A stretch of DNA of 62,005 nucleotides from a virus. Its lineage: Duplodnaviria > Caudoviricetes. This document shows, piece after piece, positions 30,013 to 39,151 of the stretch. Location of the stretch: IMG/VR virus record IMGVR_UViG_3300026848_000008, positions 1 to 62,005 of that record. One strand, written 5' to 3'. The notes beneath the pieces were generated by a model, which saw nothing but the letters and a program-made list of their open reading frames with translations, searched no databases and was not told where the DNA came from. The position numbers and the translations under genes are program-made. Each line of letters begins with the position of its first letter. Position 1 is the stretch's first letter.

Positions 30013-31590
30013 CTACTCGCCCCACCCGCGCCAGAGGGAGGCCGCAAGCTTCTTGGGCCGCCCGAGGTGAGCGAGGGATTGCGAGGCGGTTTCGGTGAGG
30101 GAGGAGAAGGAGGGGGCGTTGAAGGCCGCGCTTTCGGGGGAGAGCGACATGCGCGAGAGGATGTCGAGGCCCATGGTGAGCGTGTCCACTTGGTCGTCGT
30201 TCGCGCCCGAGGGGAAGTGCAGGGTTTCTTCGAGGAATGGATCGAGCCAGTGGGCGGTCTGGGGGATGAAGACGCGCCCGCCTTCGATGAGGGGCGTAAC
30301 GGCGTTCGCGCGGGCCACCTTGTCGTTGACGACGCGGTAGGGGATCACCGACATGCCGGACTCGCGCTTGAGTTCTTGGATGAGCGATTGGCCGGAGGCC
30401 TTGTCCTCGATGTAGAGGCCCCGCAGGCCGCGCCCGCGCCAGCGGGCGCAGAGGTTGACGGCCTTCTGCTTGAGTTCGGGGAAGGTGAACTTGTCGCGGA
30501 TCACGTCGAGGACATAGATGTCGCCGTGGCTGTCGAGGCCGAGCACCATGAAGACGGAGTAGTCGGCCTGCTCGGTCTTCTTGAAGGCGGTGTCAGCGCA
30601 GATCACGACGAGGGGCAGGGCCTCGATGCGCGTGTCGTAGGTCTGCCACCAGTTGGAGCGGAAGAGGTTGCCGCCCGCGATGTAGGGCGACTGGAGGTAG
30701 AGGGCCGCGAACTCGCGCTCGTTGAGGCGCTTGCGCCGATAGAGTTCTTCGAGGGGGAAGCGCTCGGGCCAGAGGGCGGCCTCGGGGGTGGTCTCGGTCT
30801 CGGGGGTGATGGCCGGGAAGGAGATGTGGCCCCAGCCGCCGTTCTTCCATTCGTCGGTTTCCATGAGGCGGCCAGCGAGGTCGTCGGGGTGCCAGCGGGT
30901 GAGGATCACGAGTTGCTTGTGGGGCGTCAGGTCGTCTTCGGGCTGGAGGCGCATCGCGAGGGCGGAGGTGTAGAAGGACCAGACCTTGTTGCGCATGGTC
31001 GCGCTGTCGGCGTCCTCGCGGGACTTGATGGGGTCGTCGATGATGAGGAGGGTGGCCGGACGGCCAGAGGTGGTGCCGCCGAGGCCGAGGCCGAAGTAAG
31101 CGCCGCCTTGGGTGGTGCGCCATTCGTCGGCGGCTTGGCTGTCCTTGCGGACGTTGAAGTCGGGGAAGGCTTTCCGGGTGGCGTCGTCTTGCGCGATGTC
31201 GCGCACGTTGCGCCCGAACTCCTTGCCCAGCTCGCTGTTGTAGGAGGTGGACATGACGAAGCGCGTGGGCCGACGGGCCATGTAGTAGGCGGGGAAGAGC
31301 TTGGTGCAGAACTCCGTCTTGGCGTGGCGCGGAGGCATGTTGACGACGAGGCGCTCGACGACGGTGTCGAGGGAGACGGTGGGGTCGCAGCCTTCGGGGA
31401 GGCCGCCGAGATCGCGGAAGGTGAGGGTGCCCTTCTCGAACTTGTCGAGGATATGGACGAGGTGCTTCTGGAAGGGCGCGAGCTTCCAGTTGGGGCGGTG
31501 GAGGGCCACGAAGCCGGGGAAGGAGGTGGCTGCGCGCTTGAGGCGCAGGAGTTGCTCGGCGGCTTTGAGGAGGGTCTCGGGGTTGCTCAC
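30013..31590 (-). CDS. terL: Terminase large subunit
   Basis: Walker A VNMPPRHAKT, Walker B LIIDDPIK, LTRWHPDDLAG, nuclease CADTA...IEDKASG...DDQVD. Confidence 0.96.
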   Translation of the reverse strand: MSNPETLLKAAEQLLRLKRAATSFPGFVALHRPNWKLAPFQKHLVHILDKFEKGTLTFRDLGGLPEGCDPTVSLDTVVERLVVNMPPRHAKTEFCTKLFPAYYMARRPTRFVMSTSYNSELGKEFGRNVRDIAQDDATRKAFPDFNVRKDSQAADEWRTTQGGAYFGLGLGGTTSGRPATLLIIDDPIKSREDADSATMRNKVWSFYTSALAMRLQPEDDLTPHKQLVILTRWHPDDLAGRLMETDEWKNGGWGHISFPAITPETETTPEAALWPERFPLEELYRRKRLNEREFAALYLQSPYIAGGNLFRSNWWQTYDTRIEALPLVVICADTAFKKTEQADYSVFMVLGLDSHGDIYVLDVIRDKFTFPELKQKAVNLCARWRGRGLRGLYIEDKASGQSLIQELKRESGMSVIPYRVVNDKVARANAVTPLIEGGRVFIPQTAHWLDPFLEETLHFPSGANDDQVDTLTMGLDILSRMSLSPESAAFNAPSFSSLTETASQSLAHLGRPKKLAASLWRGWGE

Positions 31591-31832
31591 CGGGAGCGGC
31601 CACGCATGGCCGCGTTCATGCGGCTCTCCATGATGTCGTGGCGGGTCTCGGGGTCGCGGACGGTGCCGATCATGAGGCGCGTGAGCACGTCCATGAAGGC
31701 GCGGGCGCGCTGATCGGGGTCTTCGATGGACTGGAGGTTGGCGGCGGCCATGGCCTCGCCGAGTTGGGCGGGCGTGCAGTTACTCGGGATCGGCGGGCGG
31801 GGCGGGGAGCGCAGGACGTTCGTGTTCTTCAT
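31587..31832 (-). CDS. Hypothetical protein upstream of terL
   Basis: Overlaps terL start; preceded by a GGACGAC motif. Confidence 0.55.
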   Translation of the reverse strand: MKNTNVLRSPPRPPIPSNCTPAQLGEAMAAANLQSIEDPDQRARAFMDVLTRLMIGTVRDPETRHDIMESRMNAAMRGRSR

Positions 31833-32541
31833 GCGAGACGTGTGCGTCGGAGGGTGGGGGCGGGTCGTCCCCTTCGATCAGCGTGGCCTCGCCTTCGATG
31901 GTGCTCTTGGCGTTGGCGATGAGTTGTTCGAGTTCAGAGATGCTCATCTCGTCCGGGCGGACGTTGATGTTCTCTTGGACGACGTGGGCTGCGGTGAGGT
32001 CCGGCATGACCTTGTTCATGAGCATACCGAAGACGCGCGCTTGGGTTGGCGTCCACTTCTTGCCGCCGAGCACGACATCGACGGCGTCGTTGACGACATC
32101 CTCCATTGCGGAGCCGACACGCGCGCGCAAGCGCGCGGTTTGTTCAGGGGACAGGGTTTCGGGGCTTTTCAAGGCTCGCAGTGCCATCATCACTTTGACG
32201 TGGGGAGGGGTCTTGTAGCGGTTATGGTAGTTCTTGCCCTGCGGCGTCGTCCTGCTTTCTCCGGGGGGCGGCATCCAACCTGCGGCACGGCGACATTCCT
32301 TGCTGCAATGCGCGCGGTATTCGACGTGCGCGCGGTCCACCTCGAAGGTCTTTCCGCACCCGCCGCAGACCACCTTCCCCCTGCCGTAGAGGGTGCCTCC
32401 GCCCTCCTTGGGCGTAATCATGAGGAGAGTGCTCTGGCGCAGGAGGTCAAGGCGCTCCGGGTTGCCACCCTTGAGGCGCATCCCGTTCTTGCGAGAGCCT
32501 AGTTTTCTGGGCTTTTTGGGCGGGATCGGATCATCTTCCAT
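31780..32541 (-). CDS. Putative terminase small subunit with Zn-finger
   Basis: CGGC...CSKEC motif; C-terminal LMNKVMPDL...DEMSISELEQLI typical of terS-like proteins; position before terL. Confidence 0.55.
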   Translation of the reverse strand: MEDDPIPPKKPRKLGSRKNGMRLKGGNPERLDLLRQSTLLMITPKEGGGTLYGRGKVVCGGCGKTFEVDRAHVEYRAHCSKECRRAAGWMPPPGESRTTPQGKNYHNRYKTPPHVKVMMALRALKSPETLSPEQTARLRARVGSAMEDVVNDAVDVVLGGKKWTPTQARVFGMLMNKVMPDLTAAHVVQENINVRPDEMSISELEQLIANAKSTIEGEATLIEGDDPPPPSDAHVSHEEHERPALPAPPADPE

Positions 32542-32752
32542 ACACCCGTTCTATAGCCTTTGGACGTTTTTGAAAATTGCTCGCGTAAATCGGGGTGCCG
32601 GGTGACTCCGGTCACGCGCGAAGTGAACGGCGGGGCCTAGGCCCCGCCCCCCCCTGTTTCTCAACGGTTCTGGCAGGTTTTGGTCATTCCCGAAGGGAAT
32701 TTCGTTTGTTTTCAACGGGGTATTTTCCCCCTTTAGGGGAAAAATCGAGACG

Positions 32753-32767
32753 GAACAAAACGTGAAC
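32753..32767 (+). promoter_or_regulatory. LexA (SOS) box, alphaproteobacterial type
   Basis: GAAC-aaaacgt-GAAC = GAAC-N7-GAAC upstream of the early operon. Confidence 0.7.
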
Positions 32768-32845
32768 AAACAGGGTAAAACCCTGTTTTCCGGCCGAAAA
32801 ATGCCGTTTCGTATGTGTAGCTCAAAACATGCACGCACGCAAGCC

Positions 32846-32873
32846 CCCGCGCGGTCCCAAAGGGATTTTTCCG
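32846..32873 (+). repeat. 28-bp early promoter-like repeat, copy 1
   Basis: CCCGCGCGGTCCCAAAGGGATTTTTCCG; 27/28 identical to 35715-35742. Confidence 0.85.
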
Positions 32874-32947
32874 GTCGGCGGCGACCATCGCATTCAGCGG
32901 GTCGCTCGCCGGGGGATTCTCCCCCGCACATCACAGGAGCACGCACG

Positions 32948-33415
32948 ATGACCGATTTCACCCTCATGACCGCTCGCGAAATCCGTGACGAAGTCACGGC
33001 CAACCCCGAGCTGCTCGCCGACGCCTTGCGCGTCTTGGCCCTTCGGGCCATGCGCCCGAAGCCCCGGACCCCGAGCGTTGACGCGCTCGCGGAGCTGATT
33101 CCGGGCACGACGCGCTACGCGGACATCCGGTCCAAAGGACCGGAGCGCTACAAGGAATGGCTCGCCGAGGTGCAGGCCATCGCGGCCCCGCTGGCGGGCG
33201 TGGCGAAGCCGAAGGCTTCGGCCAAGGCGAAGTCCGCTGCGAAGCCGAAGGCTTCGACCAAGGCGAAGGCTGCCGCGAAGCCGAAGGCTTCGGCGAAGCC
33301 CGCTGCGAAGCCGAAGGCTTCGGGCGGCATCGACCACGCCGAACTCGCGAAGGCCATGGGCGTGGAGCCGGAGGCTCTCGGCGCGATGGTCAAGTTCTTC
33401 GCGGCGCTCGCGTAA
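32948..33415 (+). CDS. Protein with histone-H1-like AKPKA repeats
   Basis: CAGGAG SD; Lys/Ala-rich segment with four AKPKAS units. Confidence 0.75.
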   Translation: MTDFTLMTAREIRDEVTANPELLADALRVLALRAMRPKPRTPSVDALAELIPGTTRYADIRSKGPERYKEWLAEVQAIAAPLAGVAKPKASAKAKSAAKPKASTKAKAAAKPKASAKPAAKPKASGGIDHAELAKAMGVEPEALGAMVKFFAALA

Positions 33416-33429
33416 ACGCACCCTCGCGA

Positions 33430-33470
33430 GACTGGCGCGGCCCCTTCGGGGGTCGCGCCTTTTCGTGTTG
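33430..33470 (+). terminator. Hairpin/terminator repeat, copy 1
   Basis: GGCGCGGCCCC-TTCG-GGGGTCGCGCC-TTTTCGTGTTG; near-identical to 34481-34520. Confidence 0.75.
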
Positions 33471-33497
33471 CTGGAACCCACGAAAGGACACGCACAC

Positions 33498-33863
33498 ATG
33501 GAAACACAACGTGAACAAATGCTCAACGCACGTCGCCGGGCAACGCAGCAGCGTCGCGCGGCCCGCGCGTTGGAGGACGCGCTCGCCGAACTCGAACTGC
33601 GCAAGGCCACGCGTGACCGCGCTTGGCGTCGCTACGACCGCTACATGGCGTTCCTCGCGTCGCCCGTTGGCGGCCTGCTGGCCAACCACGGCCCGTCTTG
33701 GCTCGGGCATTGGCTCGCCTGCGAGTTGGTTGACCGCCTGATGAACCGGGCGCTCCACGCGGAGCGCAAGGTGCGTCGTCAGGACGACCGGGCCTCGCGG
33801 GCGTTGGCCCGCAGCCTCGGCGTAGCCGAGGACAACGTCGTGCCGCTCAAGGCCGCGTCGTGA
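33498..33863 (+). CDS. Hypothetical early protein
   Basis: AAAGGA SD then METQREQ. Confidence 0.65.
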   Translation: METQREQMLNARRRATQQRRAARALEDALAELELRKATRDRAWRRYDRYMAFLASPVGGLLANHGPSWLGHWLACELVDRLMNRALHAERKVRRQDDRASRALARSLGVAEDNVVPLKAAS

Positions 33864-33976
33864 CCGAGCGCGTCGTCACGGCGTCGCTCGCCGCCATGCT
33901 GGGCGTCGGCTTTGCCGTCGCCTGCATCACCTCGTTCGTGCTTGGCTTCGCCATCGGCACGGGCGTTCCCTGCTGA
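33860..33976 (+). CDS. 38-aa membrane peptide (not in ORF track)
   Basis: GTGA overlap; MTERVVTASLAAMLGVGFAVACITSFVLGFAIGTGVPC. Confidence 0.5.
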   Translation: MTERVVTASLAAMLGVGFAVACITSFVLGFAIGTGVPC

Positions 33977-34003
33977 CCCAACCCACCGCAAGGAGCAACA
34001 CAC

Positions 34004-34273
34004 ATGCGTAACCTCATTCGCCCCGACCACGCCCTCGACCTGCTCGACAGCCTGCCGCACAAGCAACGCCTGCGCGTCTGCGAGGAGCAGGTGCATCGCT
34101 GGAGCGTCGTCGCTCACGAGCATCCCACGCATCGCTCACAAGACGCCCACGCCTTCTGGCTGGAAACCTTGGCCATGGAGGAAGGCGACCCGCACATTGC
34201 CGACGTGGTCATGGACGTGGTCGGTTCCCACCGGAAGCTCACGCCGCGTCAGGCACGGAGGATCGTGCGTTGA
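34004..34273 (+). CDS. Hypothetical early protein
   Basis: AAGGAG SD, phage codon usage. Confidence 0.65.
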   Translation: MRNLIRPDHALDLLDSLPHKQRLRVCEEQVHRWSVVAHEHPTHRSQDAHAFWLETLAMEEGDPHIADVVMDVVGSHRKLTPRQARRIVR

Positions 34274-34464
34274 GCGCCGGGCAGCCGAGCCTCGACGAAG
34301 GCGTCTTCGTGTTCGACACGATCACGGGCCAGTATTGGAGCCGGGAGCATGGCTGGGCCGATCTGGCTCACGCCGACGCCCGCTGGCCCCACGAGGTGCG
34401 TGACCTCGCGGAAGGCTTCGTGACCGTGAAGCCCGGCGACGTGCTGCTGCAAACGTCCGCCTAA
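34270..34464 (+). CDS. Hypothetical early protein
   Basis: TTGA overlap with previous gene. Confidence 0.55.
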   Translation: MSAGQPSLDEGVFVFDTITGQYWSREHGWADLAHADARWPHEVRDLAEGFVTVKPGDVLLQTSA

Positions 34465-34480
34465 CCACTCGCACCACGAC

Positions 34481-34520
34481 GACTGGCGCGGCCCCACAGG
34501 GGTCGCGCCTTTTCGTGTTG
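34481..34520 (+). terminator. Hairpin/terminator repeat, copy 2
   Basis: GACTGGCGCGGCCCC-ACA-GGGGTCGCGCC-TTTTCGTGTTG. Confidence 0.75.
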
Positions 34521-34554
34521 GTGCAAACCAATCCACCACACAGGAGACAACGCA

Positions 34555-34983
34555 ATGACGGATGAACACAGCGCCGACACAGGCATGGCGGAAATCACCG
34601 CACGCCTGATGCGGCATCACGCGGGAGCAGTCGTGTTTCCCATGGCGGGCATGATGTATGTCTTCCTCGTTGAAGGCGAGGACGGCGCTCCCGACCCCGA
34701 GTGGCTCGGGGCAATCCCGTCCTTCCTGAACGCCCACGACTCGCGTCCAATGGCCGAGCAAATCCACGAAAACTACGCTCACGGCGGGGGCTGGCGTCCG
34801 CAGGGCGGCTTCACGCTGGACGTGAACGAGGAAGGCCGCGTCGTGCTGTCCGGGTCCGACCCGCGCCCGTATCGGGCCATCTGCTTCACGCAGTTGCGCA
34901 ACGAGACCCTCGTGCTCTTCGAGAGCGCGTGGACCGCCATCATCCAGCCCGACGGGAGCATGGAGGTCTCGCGTCTGGACTGA
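34555..34983 (+). CDS. Hypothetical phage protein
   Basis: CAGGAG SD; NYAHGGGW...IIQPDGSMEVSRLD pattern. Confidence 0.7.
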   Translation: MTDEHSADTGMAEITARLMRHHAGAVVFPMAGMMYVFLVEGEDGAPDPEWLGAIPSFLNAHDSRPMAEQIHENYAHGGGWRPQGGFTLDVNEEGRVVLSGSDPRPYRAICFTQLRNETLVLFESAWTAIIQPDGSMEVSRLD

Positions 34984-34989
34984 ATCCGC

Positions 34990-35028
34990 TTGACACCCAA
35001 AGGTGGGTGTCGCACACCTGCGACACCC
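34990..35028 (+). promoter_or_regulatory. Sigma70-type promoter with overlapping operator-like palindromes
   Basis: TTGACA at 34990; ACACC-CAAA-GGTGG; GGGTGTCGCA-N4-TGCGACACCC. Confidence 0.6.
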
Positions 35029-35060
35029 ACCACACACCTCACCACCACAGGAGAATTACC

Positions 35061-35453
35061 GTGACCCATCCCACCTACAATATTGACGACGCTTTCAGCG
35101 TGCTCGCAGCGGACGCCGAAGAGCTGACGCAGGAGCGCTGCGAAGCCGTGCTGCGCGAGCACACCGACATTCCCGAAGACCGCATCCCCGTGGCCGCATC
35201 GGAAATCATGGCGACCGCCCACCAAACACTCCGCGCCTACAAGGAAGCGTTCCTCGTGGTCCAGCAAGTTGCCGAAATCCTCGGGCACGACGCACCCACC
35301 TGCGAGGTCTCTCGGGGGAGCGTCTGGAAGGATGACGGCAAGACGCACACCGACCTGTTCGTGACCCTTCAGACCACGGGGGCTGACGGCCATACCATCG
35401 GCAAGACCACGCACCACCTGCGCCGCTTCGAGGGGGAGCAGGACGATGTTTGA
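35061..35453 (+). CDS. Hypothetical early protein
   Basis: CCACCACAGGAG then GTG start. Confidence 0.65.
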   Translation: MTHPTYNIDDAFSVLAADAEELTQERCEAVLREHTDIPEDRIPVAASEIMATAHQTLRAYKEAFLVVQQVAEILGHDAPTCEVSRGSVWKDDGKTHTDLFVTLQTTGADGHTIGKTTHHLRRFEGEQDDV

Positions 35454-35691
35454 GGCCGCCATCACCACGCTCGTCGTCACTGCTGGCCTACTGGCCATCG
35501 GTGTGATCGTATCCAGCCTCTCGACCGCCCTCCGGCGGTCGAGAACCCTGCGGCAAGACGCGATCCTCTCGCGAGACAGCCAGCTCTATGTGCGTGGCAC
35601 GCACAATCGCCACGGCCTCTGGCTTCGGGAGAACGGCTCGCTCGGCTCTCGCGTGAGCGCCGCCAGCCAGCCCTCTCCTCGCGTGAAATAA
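35446..35691 (+). CDS. Small membrane-anchored protein
   Basis: N-terminal hydrophobic helix. Confidence 0.55.
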   Translation: MFEAAITTLVVTAGLLAIGVIVSSLSTALRRSRTLRQDAILSRDSQLYVRGTHNRHGLWLRENGSLGSRVSAASQPSPRVK

Positions 35692-35714
35692 CAGGCACGC
35701 AGGAAACAGGCAGG

Positions 35715-35742
35715 CCCGCGCAGTCCCAAAGGGATTTTTCCG
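35715..35742 (+). repeat. 28-bp early promoter-like repeat, copy 2
   Basis: CCCGCGCAGTCCCAAAGGGATTTTTCCG upstream of the SPFH-AAA-vWA genes. Confidence 0.85.
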
Positions 35743-35782
35743 TGCGGGGCAATCCCACCAAACCGAAGGAGAACCAGCCATC

Positions 35783-36028
35783 ATGGCAAAGACCCTGTTC
35801 CTTGTGATCGTCCTGTTGATCGTCGGCTTCGGCGTGATCGGCGGGCTGTTGTGGATCGCCTCTCTCTTCGAGAGGCTCGACGACGAGGACTACCAGATTC
35901 GCAGGCGAGCCGCCCGCGAATATCGTGATGCACGGGATGACCTGCGACACGAGAAGACCATGGCCGAAGTCCGCGAGGACGAGAAGGCCAAGGCCAAGGC
36001 TGCTGCGCGTCGCAGCCGCCGCAAGTGA
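35783..36028 (+). CDS. Small membrane-anchored protein
   Basis: AAGGAG SD; TM helix then charged tail. Confidence 0.65.
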   Translation: MAKTLFLVIVLLIVGFGVIGGLLWIASLFERLDDEDYQIRRRAAREYRDARDDLRHEKTMAEVREDEKAKAKAAARRSRRK

Positions 36029-36051
36029 ACACCACCACAAGGAGAAACAAC

Positions 36052-36822
36052 GTGTTCAAATACGCAATCCTCGGCGTCGCCGGGATCATGACGCTCGGCC
36101 TCGCCACCTGCTCCATGGAAACCGTTGACACGGGCCATCGGGGCGTCTTCGTGACCTACGGCAAGCCGACTTCGCAGGTGTCGGAAGGGCTGCACTTCTA
36201 CAACCCGCTCACCACGGACCTCGTGGAAATGGACGTGCGCCAACTCAAGTCCACCAAACAGACCTCGGCCTACACGCAAGACGTGCAGCAAGCGGCCATC
36301 CGCTACTCGCTGACGTTCTCGCTCGACCCCGACCAAGCCATGCGTGTGTATCAGACGGTCGGCACTGATTGGCCGAGCCAACTGGTCCCGCAGGTGGTCG
36401 AGCAGACCATCAAGGACGTGTTCGGCAAGAGCGAGGCAGTCAAGGACACGATCAACAATCGCGGCGCTGTCCAGCAGGCCATCGTGGCCGAGTTGGCGGC
36501 GGCTCTCGCCAAGCGCAGCGTGATCCTGCACGGCTTCGAGTTGCGTGACATCGCCTTCTCGGAAGCCTTCGAGCAGGCCGTCGAGGCCAAGCAGGTGGCT
36601 GTCGAGAACGCCAACGCAGCCCGCAACAGGACGGTCGAAATCGAGGAGCGCGCGAAGCAGCGCATCATCGCCGCCAAGGCCGAAGCCGAGGCGATGCGCA
36701 TCAAGACGGAGGCCCTCGCCGGGTCTCCCAAGCTCGTCGAATACGAGGCTGTCCAGAAGTGGAATGGCGAGTTGCCGAAACAGATGCTCGGCGGTGCCGT
36801 CCCGTTCATCAACATCGACTGA
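36052..36822 (+). CDS. SPFH/band-7 (prohibitin-like) protein
   Basis: N-terminal TM, VDTGHRGV..TYGK, EGLHF, AVEAKQVA, AKAEAEA, KWNGELP. Confidence 0.92.
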   Translation: MFKYAILGVAGIMTLGLATCSMETVDTGHRGVFVTYGKPTSQVSEGLHFYNPLTTDLVEMDVRQLKSTKQTSAYTQDVQQAAIRYSLTFSLDPDQAMRVYQTVGTDWPSQLVPQVVEQTIKDVFGKSEAVKDTINNRGAVQQAIVAELAAALAKRSVILHGFELRDIAFSEAFEQAVEAKQVAVENANAARNRTVEIEERAKQRIIAAKAEAEAMRIKTEALAGSPKLVEYEAVQKWNGELPKQMLGGAVPFINID

Positions 36823-36879
36823 TTACCCGCCCGGCCCGAAGGGCCGGGCACCCCACCACGACGTAAAGGAGAATGGCCA

Positions 36880-39051
36880 ATGGCCCCCACAAAAACCGAC
36901 GTGCTCATGGTCGCCATGCTGGCAGGAGAGCAGGTGAAATTCGATGACAAGCGCAGGCTCCTGCGCATCGCCTTCGACATGTGGCAGGACTCGTCCGAGC
37001 GCATCGACCCGACGGCAATCGGGGAGATCATGCGCCGCTCGCCCCTGTTCTCGGCGACCGGCACTCCGACCACGGTGAAGGTGCGCTGCACGGCAGCCGG
37101 ACTGCGTGACGTGCTCACGAACGACGCCATCTACCAGCTTTGCACCGGGTTTGTCGCGAGCATCCAACTGATGCAAGCCCTCCAAGACCCCTCCACTTAC
37201 GGCGTGACGAACCCGAAAACGAGCACCGGCTACAACATCGGCGAAGTGGAGCGTTCCCATTGGGTTCCTCGCTCCGTCCACGACCACTCCAAGGCGAACC
37301 GCGTCGCCTTCAATAACTTCCTCAAAGACGAGGCGCATATCGCCAAGATGCTCGCCCGCATCCCCTCGGCGAAGTCGCGCGACTTCGTGGCGGGGATGCT
37401 CTCCGCAGAAATCGTGAGGCGCGGCCTCGCTACCGTAATCCCCATTCCCACCGCCAGCAAAGGAGCAACCAGCATGGCAACCAAGACCGCACTCAAGACC
37501 CTTCCCGCAATCGACGCGCTCGAAGCGGCCAACATCTTCCTCATTCGTCTCGGCCTTGCCGAGCACTCCTACGCACCCCTCGAAGAACAGGTCGCCAGCT
37601 TCATCGAATGGCTCGAAGCGAACACCGAAACCACGGGCGCGAAGGCCATGGTCAAGGCGGTTCTCGCCGTGCTCATGGCGCGTGAAAGCCTGCCCGCTCA
37701 CGGCACCGAAATGGACGGCGTCATCAGCGGCCTTCGCGCAGAAGCCGTGACAGTCCTCCGCGCCTTCCTCGCACACATCGAGGACGCGGCGAGCGGCGAA
37801 GACGCGGAAGGTGGTGCGCCCGTGGCCTCGGGCCTGCCGTCCCCGCTCGACCTGACCATCGACCCGTCCGCGCAGGCCATGCTCGATGCCGTGCTGGCTT
37901 CGGCCAAGATGCCGGGTATCGGGGCCATCAAGGACTACGTCGATACGCTGTCCAAGTTTGCGTCCGACGTGGATGCCGAGCTGGTCGATCTGCGCAACAT
38001 GGCCAAGCGCGCCAAGACGATGGCGGCCATGACCCCGAAGGTTGAAGGCGCAGCCACTGCCTCTGGCAAGCCGGGCGAACTGCCGGAAGGCAAGGTGGTC
38101 ATGCGCAAGGCAGCCGACCTCTTCGGCATCACCGGGGCTTCGGCCAAGGCGTTCTCGTTCGAGGTGCCCTCGTTCGAGTGGGCCTTCCCGCACCCCGACG
38201 TGCCCAGCGTGGACGCCGAGTATATCTTCCGGCCCGAAGCGCTGCTCACCGTCCTCTTGTCGCTGCTCAAGAGCGACAAGACGTGGATCAAGGGGCACAC
38301 CGGCACCGGCAAGTCCACGTTGATCGAGCAGGTTGCTGCGCGTCTCAACTGGCCCTGCCTGCGCATCAACTTCGACAGCGACATCACGCGCATGGACCTC
38401 GTCGGCAAGCAGGACTTGGTCGTTGACGCCACGAGCGGAAAGACCGTGACCAAGTGGGTGGACGGCGTGCTGCCGCACGCCCTCCGCAACGGGTTCATCC
38501 TGCTGCTCGACGAAATCGACTTCGTTCGCCCGGACATTGCCTACGTCTTGCAGAGCGTCCTCGAAGACCGGGGCATGACGCTCAACGAGAACGGCGGCGA
38601 AGTCATCAGGCCGCAGCCCATGTTCCGCCTCTTCGCCACCGCCAACACGACGGGGCAGGGCGACGAGTTCGGCATGTATCAGGGCGCACGTCCGCAGAGC
38701 CTCGCCTTCCTCGACCGCTTCACCGTGTGGATCGACGTGGACTACCTGCCGAAGGACCGGGAGAAGGCGTTGCTCTGCAAGCGAGTGCCGGAACTCGACA
38801 GCGGCGCTGCTGATACGATCATGCGCTACGTTGCCGAGCATCGGCAAGCCTTCACCGGGGCGCAGGTTCTTCAACCTATCTCGCCGCGCGGCATCACCAC
38901 CTTGGCCGAACGCTACGTTGCCTTCCTCGACATTTATGGGGGCGACCGGAAGCGGGCGTTCAAGACTGCCTTCCAGCAGACGATGACCGCAAGGGCCAGT
39001 TCGCAAGACGCGGTCGTGCTGAACGGCCTCGTGAACAAGCTGCTCAAGTAA
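36880..39051 (+). CDS. CobS-like MoxR-family AAA+ ATPase with N-terminal extension
   Basis: GHTGTGKS, LLLDEIDF, FRLFATANT.GQGD, FLDRF, ISPR. Confidence 0.9.
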   Translation: MAPTKTDVLMVAMLAGEQVKFDDKRRLLRIAFDMWQDSSERIDPTAIGEIMRRSPLFSATGTPTTVKVRCTAAGLRDVLTNDAIYQLCTGFVASIQLMQALQDPSTYGVTNPKTSTGYNIGEVERSHWVPRSVHDHSKANRVAFNNFLKDEAHIAKMLARIPSAKSRDFVAGMLSAEIVRRGLATVIPIPTASKGATSMATKTALKTLPAIDALEAANIFLIRLGLAEHSYAPLEEQVASFIEWLEANTETTGAKAMVKAVLAVLMARESLPAHGTEMDGVISGLRAEAVTVLRAFLAHIEDAASGEDAEGGAPVASGLPSPLDLTIDPSAQAMLDAVLASAKMPGIGAIKDYVDTLSKFASDVDAELVDLRNMAKRAKTMAAMTPKVEGAATASGKPGELPEGKVVMRKAADLFGITGASAKAFSFEVPSFEWAFPHPDVPSVDAEYIFRPEALLTVLLSLLKSDKTWIKGHTGTGKSTLIEQVAARLNWPCLRINFDSDITRMDLVGKQDLVVDATSGKTVTKWVDGVLPHALRNGFILLLDEIDFVRPDIAYVLQSVLEDRGMTLNENGGEVIRPQPMFRLFATANTTGQGDEFGMYQGARPQSLAFLDRFTVWIDVDYLPKDREKALLCKRVPELDSGAADTIMRYVAEHRQAFTGAQVLQPISPRGITTLAERYVAFLDIYGGDRKRAFKTAFQQTMTARASSQDAVVLNGLVNKLLK

Positions 39052-39151
39052 CTCGCCTCATGCGTGGGGGGTTGCTCCTTTCCCCTCACGCAGCGCGCCG
39101 GGGTGCCGCGCAACCAAGCACCCCACCCATCACACTCACATGGAGAACACC

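Larger units (their letters stand above)
32560..32940. promoter_or_regulatory. Divergent early/late control region, possible pac/terminus
   Basis: AT-richer non-coding switch between strands; perfect 20-bp palindrome at 32629-32648, several other inverted repeats, LexA box. Confidence 0.6.

Noticed and set aside
32629-32648. Protelomerase target site
   Set aside because: The palindrome is short and neither recombinase shows the size or features of a protelomerase.
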